Below, in pieces: positions 1 through 9,091 of a stretch of DNA of 64,000 nucleotides. The first letter of the stretch is position 1; every line of letters starts with the position of its first letter. The DNA lies in IMG/VR virus record IMGVR_UViG_3300025127_000026. One strand, 5' to 3'. Source of the DNA: an uncultured virus (IMG/VR IMGVR_UViG_3300025127_000026) (taxonomy: Duplodnaviria > Heunggongvirae > Uroviricota > Caudoviricetes > Crassvirales). The notes beneath the pieces are model-generated. The model was not told the DNA's origin. It saw only the letters and a list, made by a program, of their open reading frames with translations, and searched no databases. Both the position numbers and the translations under genes were made by a program.

Positions 1-2
1 TG

Positions 3-296
3 CAAGATCTTGAAAGACAACCTAAAAACAAGCTGCGTAAAGTAGTGTTTAAAGATGGGACAGGATTAGATAAAAAACAAAAGCTTAGTATTGTAGGACA
101 ATTAATAGGTAGAAAAAGTATGGATGAAGAAAGAATTTATCAATGTATGTTAGATTTACATGATATGGGTAAAAAAATAACTATAGGAAGGATAGCCGGA
201 CTATTAGACTGTTCAAGTAGAACAATACATAGAAATATGAGCTTAGAGCTAAAAAAAGAAAAAGATTTTTTAAATATAGAAAATGAAAAAATATAA
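3..296 (+). CDS. HTH DNA-binding protein, 5'-truncated by window edge
   Basis: Frame is open from position 3. C-terminal ITIGRIAGLLDCSSRTIHRNM resembles a helix-turn-helix. Confidence 0.6.
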   Translation, partial: QDLERQPKNKLRKVVFKDGTGLDKKQKLSIVGQLIGRKSMDEERIYQCMLDLHDMGKKITIGRIAGLLDCSSRTIHRNMSLELKKEKDFLNIENEKI

Positions 297-1035
297 TGTA
301 AAAAACTATATTAGATATAAAGAAGATGTTAAGCAATCTCAACCTGATGGAAAATTCTATGATGAATATACTAGAGGTGAATTAATAGTAAAATTCTTAC
401 CACTTGTAGAAAATATAAGTCGTAAATTTTCTACAGCACAGGAAGCTTCAGGCGTTATGTCTATTATGGATATAATACAAGAAGGTAGTTTACAATTATG
501 TAAAGCTGTAGATAAATTAAGTTGGGAAAAACTAGATGGATCTGATAATATAGAAACATCTTTAAAATCTTTTTTTGCTAAACGTATACGTGGAGGAATA
601 CGTAGAGAAATAGATAAAAACAGAGCTCAAATGAGAATACCAGAACACAAGCTTAACGAAATACGTAAAGACGGCGGAAGAGATAAAAAGATGGTTGCTA
701 TGTTTTTTAATTCTATGTTTCTAAGTATAGATAAAAAACCATACGATGATGAAGATATGTTATATCAAATACCTGATAAATCTGACCCGTACAATGAAGA
801 GATGTTAAATGCTTATATTATGAGCTTACTTATAAAACATCTTGAATGGAACGAAATGTTTACTCTTGAAAAAAGCTATGGTTTAACAGGTCCTAAATGG
901 TCTGCTAAAGAAATAGCTGATAAACTAGATATACGAGGAGTATCATCTTACGTAAGAGTTTCAGAGTTAAAAAAACAAGCTGTTAACAAGCTTATAGAAA
1001 ACGTAGATCACTCGCAAGTGGTTGATTTTCTGTAA
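283..1035 (+). CDS. phage sigma70-family RNA polymerase sigma factor
   Basis: Region 2-like ELIVKFLPLVENISRKF...DIIQEGSLQLCKAVDK...FFAKRIRGGIRREI...MRIP. Region 4-like HTH WSAKEIADKLDI...VRVSELKKQAVNKL. Confidence 0.85.
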   Translation: MKKYNVKNYIRYKEDVKQSQPDGKFYDEYTRGELIVKFLPLVENISRKFSTAQEASGVMSIMDIIQEGSLQLCKAVDKLSWEKLDGSDNIETSLKSFFAKRIRGGIRREIDKNRAQMRIPEHKLNEIRKDGGRDKKMVAMFFNSMFLSIDKKPYDDEDMLYQIPDKSDPYNEEMLNAYIMSLLIKHLEWNEMFTLEKSYGLTGPKWSAKEIADKLDIRGVSSYVRVSELKKQAVNKLIENVDHSQVVDFL

Positions 1036-1062
1036 GTTACCTATGTAAAACAATTAATAAAT

Positions 1063-1078
1063 ATGTAATTATATAACT
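1063..1078 (+). promoter_or_regulatory. putative middle/late promoter element ATGTAATTATAT
   Basis: Intergenic, with TGTAAT 9 nt before ATG 1079. Similar words occur on the minus strand at 9806-9817, about 31877-31890 and about 52440-52452. Confidence 0.35.
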
Positions 1079-1606
1079 ATGACAATTAATGAAAAATTAT
1101 CAAAAATCCAAGTAGAGTTTAAATCAAAGAAATCAAGATTTAACTCTTTCGGTAAGTACAATTTCCGTTCTGCCGAAGATATTCTCGAAGCAACAAAACC
1201 CTTTTTAAAGGAGCTAGGAGTTACAGTTACTGTAGATGAAGAACTAGTATCATTTGCCCCACCAGTTATGCAGGTTACTGCAACTGTATCCGATGGCAAA
1301 GAGACAATAAGTTCTAAAGCTGTAGTTGGTGTAGACTTAGATCAAAAGGGTATGCAAATGCCACAGAGATATGGTGCCGCAAGTTCATATGGAAAGAAAT
1401 ATGCGCTTGGTAATCTGTTCTTGATTGATGACACTCAAGACTCAGATGCAACTAACACACATGGTAAATCATCTGCCAAGCAAAAGATGACAAACGAATC
1501 GTTAGCTAAAGCTAAGGAGTACATCGCAAAAGGCGGTAGTCTAAAAGCTATTAAAGCTAAATACGAAGTAACACCTAAGCAAGCTGAATTATTAACCACA
1601 CTATGA
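1079..1606 (+). CDS. erf: ERF-family single-strand annealing protein
   Basis: K...NSFGKYNFRSAEDILEATKP and QRYGAASSYGKKYALGNLFLIDD..DSD are ERF-like motifs. Confidence 0.85.
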   Translation: MTINEKLSKIQVEFKSKKSRFNSFGKYNFRSAEDILEATKPFLKELGVTVTVDEELVSFAPPVMQVTATVSDGKETISSKAVVGVDLDQKGMQMPQRYGAASSYGKKYALGNLFLIDDTQDSDATNTHGKSSAKQKMTNESLAKAKEYIAKGGSLKAIKAKYEVTPKQAELLTTL

Positions 1607-2334
1607 AACGTGAAGAAATAATAGAAAAGCTTAGAATAGATGAGCATTATTACGGTGACTTTGGTAAACAGTATTTAAGTAATTCAGATATTAAATCATT
1701 ACTTAAAAATCCGTTAGCATTAAAAGAACCAAGTAAGACAAATGCACACTTCTTAGTAGGAGGCTATTTTCACACTGCAATACTTGAACCTAATAAAATT
1801 AAAAAGTATAAAATTATAGATTCAAGTTCTAGAAATACGAAAGTATATAAAGAAATGTCAGGAGGTGAAATGTGCTTGCTACAACACGAGGTTGACTTAA
1901 TTGATAATCTCATTTCCACGATGTTAAACAATAAAGTTTGTAGAGACTTGATAGCTGAAGAAAAAGGCGAATATGAAGTACCTGAAATAACTGAATTGTT
2001 TGGTCAAATGTGGAAAGGTAAAGCAGACGTTGTTAATCACAACGAAAAACTAATAATAGATCTTAAAACTACTTCTGATCTTGACAGCTTTAAATGGAAT
2101 GCTAAGAAATATAATTATGATTCTCAAGCATATATTTATAGAAAGCTATTTGGTTATGAATTTATATTTATAGCTATAGATAAAAAAACAGGTCAAATAG
2201 GTTTATTCGACTGCTCTGATAACTTTTACAGATCAGGTGAAGAGAAAGTTGAAAAAGCATCAGAAGCTTATGATCTATTTTATAATACAGAGGGATTTGA
2301 CCCTCACCAATATTTTATAAATCAAACATTATAA
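1603..2334 (+). CDS. RecE/ExoVIII-like PD-(D/E)XK exonuclease
   Basis: LSNSDIK, GGYFHTAILEP, KGKAD...IIDLKTT, YDSQAYIY. Confidence 0.8.
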   Translation: MKREEIIEKLRIDEHYYGDFGKQYLSNSDIKSLLKNPLALKEPSKTNAHFLVGGYFHTAILEPNKIKKYKIIDSSSRNTKVYKEMSGGEMCLLQHEVDLIDNLISTMLNNKVCRDLIAEEKGEYEVPEITELFGQMWKGKADVVNHNEKLIIDLKTTSDLDSFKWNAKKYNYDSQAYIYRKLFGYEFIFIAIDKKTGQIGLFDCSDNFYRSGEEKVEKASEAYDLFYNTEGFDPHQYFINQTL

Positions 2335-2336
2335 TT

Positions 2337-2645
2337 ATGGCAGGAATAATAAAGGCTAGTATCAATTTAAATAACATTGATAAGAGTAAAATAATAGAAG
2401 GTAAAAAAGGTAAATACTTGCCTATTACAATTACGGTGAATGACGAGCCAGACCAGTTTGGTAATCAAGGACCAGTTTGTATAGAACAATCTAAAGAAGA
2501 AAGAGAAGCTAAAAACCCTAAAACATACTTAGGTAATGTTAAAGTGGTTTGGACAAACGGAACTTTTCCAGACAGAATACCATTTGAAGGCGGAGCACCG
2601 CAAGCAAAGCCACAACCAAAAGTAGAAGAAGATCTACCATTTTAA
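2337..2645 (+). CDS. putative single-stranded DNA-binding protein
   Basis: Small beta-rich protein with acidic EEDLPF tail, lying between the exonuclease and primase-helicase genes. Confidence 0.6.
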   Translation: MAGIIKASINLNNIDKSKIIEGKKGKYLPITITVNDEPDQFGNQGPVCIEQSKEEREAKNPKTYLGNVKVVWTNGTFPDRIPFEGGAPQAKPQPKVEEDLPF

Positions 2646-2654
2646 TTAAATCAA

Positions 2655-4367
2655 ATGCAAGTCGAAGAGATAGAAATAAATGGTTTTCAAATTGAAAACT
2701 TTAATCAGCACGGCTTAGACGTAGGTAAATCGCAGGGGACTTGTCCCCTGTGTTCTTCTTCTAGGAAACCTGAAAATAGAAAAGCAAAATGCGCTAGCTA
2801 TGATTGGGAACGTGGTCTTGGTACTTGTCATAACTGTGATAGCACTTTTCAACTACATACATATAAACGTAAAGGCAAAGCTGAGCGTGATTATATTATA
2901 CCTGAACAAACAAGCGTAGGTCAATTAAATGATAAAATAATAGACTGGTTTGAAACAAGAGGTATATCTGAACAAACATTAAAAGATGTTAAAGTAGGGG
3001 TTGGTAAAGAATTTATGCCACAGACCGGTAAAACCGAGAATACTATTCAATTTAACTATTTAGTTGGCGGACAGTTAACTAATATTAAATATAGAGACGC
3101 ACGTAAAAACTTTAAGTTATACAAAGGAGCTGAAAAAGTATTTTACAATATAGATAATATAGTAGGCTACGATGAATGTATTATAGTTGAAGGCGAAATG
3201 GATGTTTTAGCTTTACACGAAGCTGGAATACCAAATGCTATATCAGTACCTAATGGCGCTACACTAAATAGTAATAACTTAGATTATTTAGACAACTGCA
3301 TAGATTACTTTGAAGATAAGAAAAAAATAATTATTGCAGTAGATAACGATCCACCAGGTCAAGCACTACAAGCAGAACTTATACGTAGACTAGGTGCTGA
3401 AACATGTTATCTAGTTACATTTGATGATTGCAAAGATGCAAATGAGTATTTAGTTAAGTACTCTAGTAAAGAGCTATTGTCACGTATAACAAATGCAAAA
3501 CCAGTACCGTTAGAAAACGTTACTACATTTAGAGATATAGAAGATGAAATTACAGACTTTGTTAAAAATGGCTTTAAGCGCGGCTATACTGTTGGCCTCA
3601 ATAATTTTGACGATATATTTAGTACTTACACTAAACAATTTATTACAGTCACTGGCATACCTAGCTCAGGCAAATCAGATTTTGTAGATCAAATGTGTGT
3701 AGGTTATAATAAAGAGTATGGTTGGAAAACAGCTTTTGCTAGTCCAGAAAATGCTCCTACATATTTACACGCACACAAGTTAATGCGTAAAGTATGGGGT
3801 GATATGCCTAACAAGGGTCATATCGGCGGATCTAAATGGAATGAAGTAGCTAATCATGTTAATGATAACTTTTTTTTCATAGATATGGAACGCTACACTC
3901 TTGAATCTGTATTACGTAAAGGTGCAGAACTTGTTAAACGTAAAGGTATTAAATGTCTAGTTATAGATCCATTTAATAAAGTTAGAGACGTTGACTGTAC
4001 AACAGAAGACGTTAATAGATATACAATGGAATATCTAACTAAAATAGAAACTTTTGCAAAGAAATACGATGTACTAGTATTTATAGTAGCTCATCCTACT
4101 AAAATGTATAAAAACAATGAAGGCAAAATTGAAGAGCCAACTATGTATAACATCAAAGGTGGTGGTGAATGGTATGATGCTAGTTATCATGGTTTGTTAG
4201 TACACCGTGATTATGAAGCTAAGACAACAAAAGTTAAAATACTTAAATGCAAGTTCCAAAACCTAGGTGAAAACGGAGCAGAAGCCTTTTTTACATGGGA
4301 ACCACGGTCAGGATGTTTTGTACCTCACGTACAACCTGATTTAGAAGAAGCAATGCCATGGGAATAA
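2655..4367 (+). CDS. primase-helicase (T7 gp4/Twinkle type)
   Basis: Zn finger CPLC..CHNC, TOPRIM IVEGEMD/DND..G/KDANE, Walker A GIPSSGKS, DnaB-type LVIDP and VAHP. Confidence 0.95.
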   Translation: MQVEEIEINGFQIENFNQHGLDVGKSQGTCPLCSSSRKPENRKAKCASYDWERGLGTCHNCDSTFQLHTYKRKGKAERDYIIPEQTSVGQLNDKIIDWFETRGISEQTLKDVKVGVGKEFMPQTGKTENTIQFNYLVGGQLTNIKYRDARKNFKLYKGAEKVFYNIDNIVGYDECIIVEGEMDVLALHEAGIPNAISVPNGATLNSNNLDYLDNCIDYFEDKKKIIIAVDNDPPGQALQAELIRRLGAETCYLVTFDDCKDANEYLVKYSSKELLSRITNAKPVPLENVTTFRDIEDEITDFVKNGFKRGYTVGLNNFDDIFSTYTKQFITVTGIPSSGKSDFVDQMCVGYNKEYGWKTAFASPENAPTYLHAHKLMRKVWGDMPNKGHIGGSKWNEVANHVNDNFFFIDMERYTLESVLRKGAELVKRKGIKCLVIDPFNKVRDVDCTTEDVNRYTMEYLTKIETFAKKYDVLVFIVAHPTKMYKNNEGKIEEPTMYNIKGGGEWYDASYHGLLVHRDYEAKTTKVKILKCKFQNLGENGAEAFFTWEPRSGCFVPHVQPDLEEAMPWE

Positions 4368-4618
4368 AACCTAAATACACTGAATGTAAGCCTCCTGAAT
4401 GGACTAAGGAAGATTTAAAAGCTTACGGTTGGTGTGTTGAACATGGTATATACATATCTGCCTTAGCAGCAGCAAAAGGTAACTTTTGTAAAGACTGGTA
4501 TATACAAGTCGAAGCTAAAGGCAAGAAAGTCGTAAGTCCTAAAACATATGGACCAGATGACTTATATAAAAAAATATTTGAATTATATAGATTTTATTAT
4601 GATAAAAACACTAAATAA
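4358..4618 (+). CDS. hypothetical protein
   Basis: ORF overlaps both neighbouring genes. Confidence 0.6.
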   Translation: MGIKPKYTECKPPEWTKEDLKAYGWCVEHGIYISALAAAKGNFCKDWYIQVEAKGKKVVSPKTYGPDDLYKKIFELYRFYYDKNTK

Positions 4619-5312
4619 TAAATTTAGAGACGCAGATGAAGCTTTTCAGTACTGGTACCAATGTATAGAACATTATGGTCAAGACTTTGCAGGAACTAAA
4701 GCTATGTTTAATGTAGGATTTGAAATAAGTAATCCTACAAATAACATAATAAGAGCTCCATGGCGTAAATGGAAGTATAAGTATGCTGAAGCTGAATGGA
4801 GATGGTACTGGTCAGGTGATCGTAACATTAAAAAGTTAGGTGAACTTTACGGTAAAGTACCTGCAATATGGAAGCGTATGGCTGACGAACACGGAAATGT
4901 TAATTCTAACTATGGTTGGCAATGGAATAGAAACTCACAAATTGACTATGTGTTAGAAAAGTTAAAACGTGATCCAAATACTAGACAAGCTACAATTAGT
5001 ATATACGACGCTAAAGAACACTCATTATATGAGCGAGATACACCATGTACTTATGCAATACAATTTACAATTGTAAATAATATGTTGAATATGTGTGTTA
5101 CGATGCGATCTAATGATCTCTGGTTTGGTTTCTGTAATGATCAGTATTGTTTTACAGAATTACAAAAAATAGTTGCAGAGGAGACGAATTATGACATAGG
5201 TACATATTATCACTTTGCGCATAATCTACATTTATACGAACGAGATCTTGGTAAATTTTTACCGCAAAGATCTAGTTCTTTGTTACAAAGTAAGTGGGAG
5301 GAGTATGGATAA
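4599..5312 (+). CDS. thymidylate-synthase-family enzyme, dCMP hydroxymethylase-like
   Basis: NSNYGW, catalytic PCT, MRSNDLWFGFCND (Asp at the substrate-specificity position), NLHLYE. Likely start is ATG 4599. Confidence 0.8.
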   Translation: MIKTLNNKFRDADEAFQYWYQCIEHYGQDFAGTKAMFNVGFEISNPTNNIIRAPWRKWKYKYAEAEWRWYWSGDRNIKKLGELYGKVPAIWKRMADEHGNVNSNYGWQWNRNSQIDYVLEKLKRDPNTRQATISIYDAKEHSLYERDTPCTYAIQFTIVNNMLNMCVTMRSNDLWFGFCNDQYCFTELQKIVAEETNYDIGTYYHFAHNLHLYERDLGKFLPQRSSSLLQSKWEEYG

Positions 5313-6138
5313 AGAAATAATATATTATTTATACCACATTCCGGGTAAAAAGATAGGCGTAACACGTAATCTTAATAAGAGAGTTACACAGCAACAGGGA
5401 TATGCCCTAGACGAATACGAAGTTCTAGATCAAAGCACAGACATCGATTATATATCGAGCCGCGAGTTAGAACTTCAAAAGTCTTATGGCTATAAAGTAG
5501 ACCTTAAACCTTATAAACAATTATATAAAATGAAAATTAACGCAACAGAACAAACCTCAACGTTTCCTGTACCATTAAACAAACTAAAAGGTAGATTAAT
5601 GGATGAAATAGGTAAAAAATGGGAAACAATGCATGGAACTTTTGAACTAACTAAAGAAACGGTTCAGTGGATAATGGAAAATGCTTCAACATCTATGTTT
5701 AATAAAAATAGATCTTATATATATAATAAAGCTTTTTATGAAAAGTTTTTAAATGAAGCTAAACTTGAAGCTCAATTTTTTTATAATCAAATAAAAGATA
5801 GAGCAAATACTCAAGTTAAACAAAACGGCAAAGCTTGGATTGATGAAGATAGATTTAAACTTATAAGAGAGTGGGCGGATAATAGAGGATTATACAAAGG
5901 TGGAGATAAAAAAACTCAATATTGTAAGTTAATAGAAGAAGCCGGCGAACTTGGTAGAGCTATATTAAAAGAGGATCAAGATGAATTTGTAGATGCTATA
6001 GGTGATATGGTTGTAGTGTTAACTAACTTAGCTCATTTAGGCGGAGTTACAATTGAACATTGTATTGATATAGCTTATAACGAAATTAAAGATCGTAAAG
6101 GTGGTATGGTTAACGGAACATTTGTGAAAAATGGATGA
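5305..6138 (+). CDS. fusion of GIY-YIG-like N-terminal domain and MazG-like NTP pyrophosphatase
   Basis: N-terminal YYLYHIPGKKIGVTRNLNKR. C-terminal WADNRGL...KLIEEAGEL...DAIGDMVVVL...AYNEIKDRKG. Confidence 0.8.
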   Translation: MDKEIIYYLYHIPGKKIGVTRNLNKRVTQQQGYALDEYEVLDQSTDIDYISSRELELQKSYGYKVDLKPYKQLYKMKINATEQTSTFPVPLNKLKGRLMDEIGKKWETMHGTFELTKETVQWIMENASTSMFNKNRSYIYNKAFYEKFLNEAKLEAQFFYNQIKDRANTQVKQNGKAWIDEDRFKLIREWADNRGLYKGGDKKTQYCKLIEEAGELGRAILKEDQDEFVDAIGDMVVVLTNLAHLGGVTIEHCIDIAYNEIKDRKGGMVNGTFVKNG

Positions 6139-6203
6139 TACAGCTTTTGCTATATTACTAGCTCAAGGTATAGGAATTTTATTAATTTTAATTATGTATT
6201 ATT

Positions 6204-6467
6204 ATGAAAGAAAAAACAATTAAATTTAGAGATCCAGTTGTTGAAACTGTTGTAGATAAGTTTGTATCAAGATCAGATGTAGGCTATGCTAAATACGGGC
6301 AAACGTTAGATAATGAACGTAAAACTGGAGTTAAAGATCTTGCAGCATATTTAAACGACGTGCAAGAAGAACTAATGGATGCAATACTATATATTCAAGC
6401 TGCACGTGACGAATTAAACGGTAAGAGAATTGGTTTACCTTATTACGTAACTGATGTTGCGTCGTAA
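6204..6467 (+). CDS. small all-alpha NTP-PPase/MazG-fold-like phage protein
   Basis: GYAKYGQTLD...QEELMDAILY contains an EExxD acidic motif. Confidence 0.55.
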   Translation: MKEKTIKFRDPVVETVVDKFVSRSDVGYAKYGQTLDNERKTGVKDLAAYLNDVQEELMDAILYIQAARDELNGKRIGLPYYVTDVAS

Positions 6468-6897
6468 GAAACGAGGTCCTGTTCGTGCTAAGAAAAAGAT
6501 TGTTGATGGAATAGAATTTAAGTCAGGACTAGAAGCTTATATGTATAAAGCTTTAAAAGAAGCTAAAATAAAAGCTAAGTATGAAGGGGTTAAATATGAA
6601 ATTGCCCCTTCATTTGACTTTAAAAATAAATGTTATGAAAGACAAAGCAATGGAAAGGGCGAGTACAAAGATCGTGGAAGCAAAAAAATACTTAAAATCT
6701 CTTACACACCTGATTTTACAGGAAGGGGATTTATCATTGAGTGTAAAGGAAGGGCAAACGAATCTTTTCCTATACGTTGGAAATTATTTAAGAAATATGT
6801 CAGCGAACGACTACGTGGCGTTACTTTATATAAACCACAAAATCAAAAAGAATGCGACGAAACCGTGAGCTTAATACTTGGGAAAAGAAAGACTTAG
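6454..6897 (+). CDS. T7 endonuclease I-like Holliday junction resolvase
   Basis: FKSGLE, YE, YTPDF, IIECKG motifs. Confidence 0.85.
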   Translation: MLRRKKRGPVRAKKKIVDGIEFKSGLEAYMYKALKEAKIKAKYEGVKYEIAPSFDFKNKCYERQSNGKGEYKDRGSKKILKISYTPDFTGRGFIIECKGRANESFPIRWKLFKKYVSERLRGVTLYKPQNQKECDETVSLILGKRKT

Positions 6898-7025
6898 CTA
6901 GGAGAAAATATGCTGAACGTAAGCTTGAACAATTTATTAAGTGGAGCGTTGAAAGTAAAGGTTATTTAAAATTAAAGGAATTATTAGAGTATGAAAGAAA
7001 ATACTTTACTAGAAATGAAAAATAA
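6852..7025 (+). CDS. hypothetical 57-aa protein (absent from ORF track)
   Basis: MRRNRELNTWEKKDLARRKYAERKL...; fills the gap between two genes. Confidence 0.45.
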   Translation: MRRNRELNTWEKKDLARRKYAERKLEQFIKWSVESKGYLKLKELLEYERKYFTRNEK

Positions 7026-7230
7026 AATCGATGCAATGACAAGAGTCATGCAACAAGTTATAAATGAAATATCCCATTTAAGAGAGCTAGGTGTTGGAAC
7101 TCTTGAAACGGTAAAACTAATGCCGGGATATGAAGACGCCATCAATAAGTTAAAACTAAAGATGGAAGAAGAAGTTAAAGAAAAGAAAAAAGTAAAAGAT
7201 AATGGAAATATCAAATCAGATACTAAGTGA
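6991..7230 (+). CDS. hypothetical coiled-coil protein
   Basis: ORF overlaps the RNR start. Confidence 0.6.
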   Translation: MKENTLLEMKNKIDAMTRVMQQVINEISHLRELGVGTLETVKLMPGYEDAINKLKLKMEEEVKEKKKVKDNGNIKSDTK

Positions 7231-9064
7231 CATAACAGTTTACATGAAGTATGCAAAATACTTACCTAGTTTAAACCGTAGAGAAACATGGAAAGAATTA
7301 GTAAAACGCAATATGGACATGCATATTAAAAAGTACCCTGATTTAGAAAAAATAATTAAAGAAAAATACAAACTAGTATATGAAAAGAAAGTTTTACCAT
7401 CTATGCGATCGCTTCAGTTCGGAGGTAAGCCGATTGAAATATCACCTAATCGTGTTTATAATTGTGCTTACTTACCTATTGATCATATTGAATCGTTTAA
7501 TGAGATAATGTTCTTATTATTAGGTGGTACTGGTGTAGGTTATTCTGTACAGCAACACCATGTAGATAAATTACCTGGTATTACAAAACCATATACTAAA
7601 AGAACTAGAAGATTTTTAATAGGTGACTCAATTGAAGGTTGGGCAGATGCTATTAAAGTATTAATGAAATCATATTTAGGTGACAAAAGAAGTTCACGAA
7701 TAGAGTTTGATTACTCTGATATACGCCCTAAAGGCGCATTGTTAGTAACGTCTGGTGGCAAAGCACCAGGACCTCAACCACTTAAAGAATGTATAGTAAA
7801 AATAACAGGAGTCTTAGATTCAAAGGAAGAAACAGATATGCTCTCCACTTTAGAAGTACACGATATAGTTTGCCATATTGCAGACGCCGTATTAGCTGGT
7901 GGGATACGTCGAGCAGCTTTGATAAGTTTATTTTCAGCAGGCGATGATGAAATGATATCTGCCAAGTCTGGAAACTGGTGGGAAACAAATCCACAAAGAG
8001 GTAGAGCTAATAACTCTGCCGTACTAATGAGACATAAAATAACTAAAAAGTTTTTTATGGATCTTTGGAAACGTGTAGAATTATCCGGAGCTGGTGAACC
8101 TGGAATTTACTTTAATAACGACAAAGACTGGGGTACAAACCCTTGTTGTGAAATAGCTTTACGACCATATCAGTTTTGTAACTTATGTGAAGTAAATGCT
8201 AGTGATATTGAATCACAAGAAGATTTAAATGAACGAGTGAGAGCTGCTGCCTTTATAGGTACATTACAAGCAGGTTATACAGACTTTCACTATTTAAGAG
8301 AAATATGGCAACAAACAACAGAGAAAGACGCTTTAATAGGCGTCTCGATGACTGGGATAGGCTCGGGGACGGTGTTAGGATACGACATGCAAAAGGCCGC
8401 AAGCATAGTGAAAAAAGAAAACGCAAGAGTCGCGAAGCTGATTGGAATTAATTCAGCTGCAAGATGTACAACCGTAAAGCCTGCTGGGACGACGTCTCTG
8501 GCATTAGGAACGTCATCTGGTATTCATGCATGGCATAATGATTATTATCTCCGTAGGATCAGGGTTGGTAAGAACGAAAGTATATATAAATATTTACTTG
8601 AAAACCATCCACTGCTAGTTGAAGATGAATTTTTTAGACCTCACGATACAGCTGTAATTAGTGTACCACAGAAAGCTCCAGCTGGATCTATACTTAGGAC
8701 TGAATCACCTTTTCAATTACTTGAACGTATAAAAAAAGTAGCTACAGAATGGGTTTTACCTGGTCATAGAAAAGGATCTAATACTCATAATGTATCTGCT
8801 ACAGTTAGTTTAAAACCTGAAGAATGGCAAGACGCAGGAGAGTGGATGTGGGACAACAGAAAATATTATAATGGCTTATCTGTACTACCTTTTGATGGTG
8901 GAACTTACACTCAAGCTCCTTTTGAGGATATTGACGAAGGAACTTATATAAATAGGTTACAACATTTAAAAGATATAAATTTAGAAAATGTACTTGAATC
9001 CGAAGACAACACTGATCTTTCTGGCGAGCTTGCTTGCGCTGGCGGTTCTTGTGAAATTAACTAG
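7202..9064 (+). CDS. nrdJ: class II (adenosylcobalamin-dependent) ribonucleotide reductase
   Basis: YNCAY, GTGVG, RRAALI, TNPCCEI, TTVKPAGT, C-terminal CAGGSCEI. No small-subunit gene nearby. Confidence 0.9.
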   Translation: MEISNQILSDITVYMKYAKYLPSLNRRETWKELVKRNMDMHIKKYPDLEKIIKEKYKLVYEKKVLPSMRSLQFGGKPIEISPNRVYNCAYLPIDHIESFNEIMFLLLGGTGVGYSVQQHHVDKLPGITKPYTKRTRRFLIGDSIEGWADAIKVLMKSYLGDKRSSRIEFDYSDIRPKGALLVTSGGKAPGPQPLKECIVKITGVLDSKEETDMLSTLEVHDIVCHIADAVLAGGIRRAALISLFSAGDDEMISAKSGNWWETNPQRGRANNSAVLMRHKITKKFFMDLWKRVELSGAGEPGIYFNNDKDWGTNPCCEIALRPYQFCNLCEVNASDIESQEDLNERVRAAAFIGTLQAGYTDFHYLREIWQQTTEKDALIGVSMTGIGSGTVLGYDMQKAASIVKKENARVAKLIGINSAARCTTVKPAGTTSLALGTSSGIHAWHNDYYLRRIRVGKNESIYKYLLENHPLLVEDEFFRPHDTAVISVPQKAPAGSILRTESPFQLLERIKKVATEWVLPGHRKGSNTHNVSATVSLKPEEWQDAGEWMWDNRKYYNGLSVLPFDGGTYTQAPFEDIDEGTYINRLQHLKDINLENVLESEDNTDLSGELACAGGSCEIN

Positions 9065-9091
9065 TGGTTGTACCACTGTAAAAGAAGGAGT

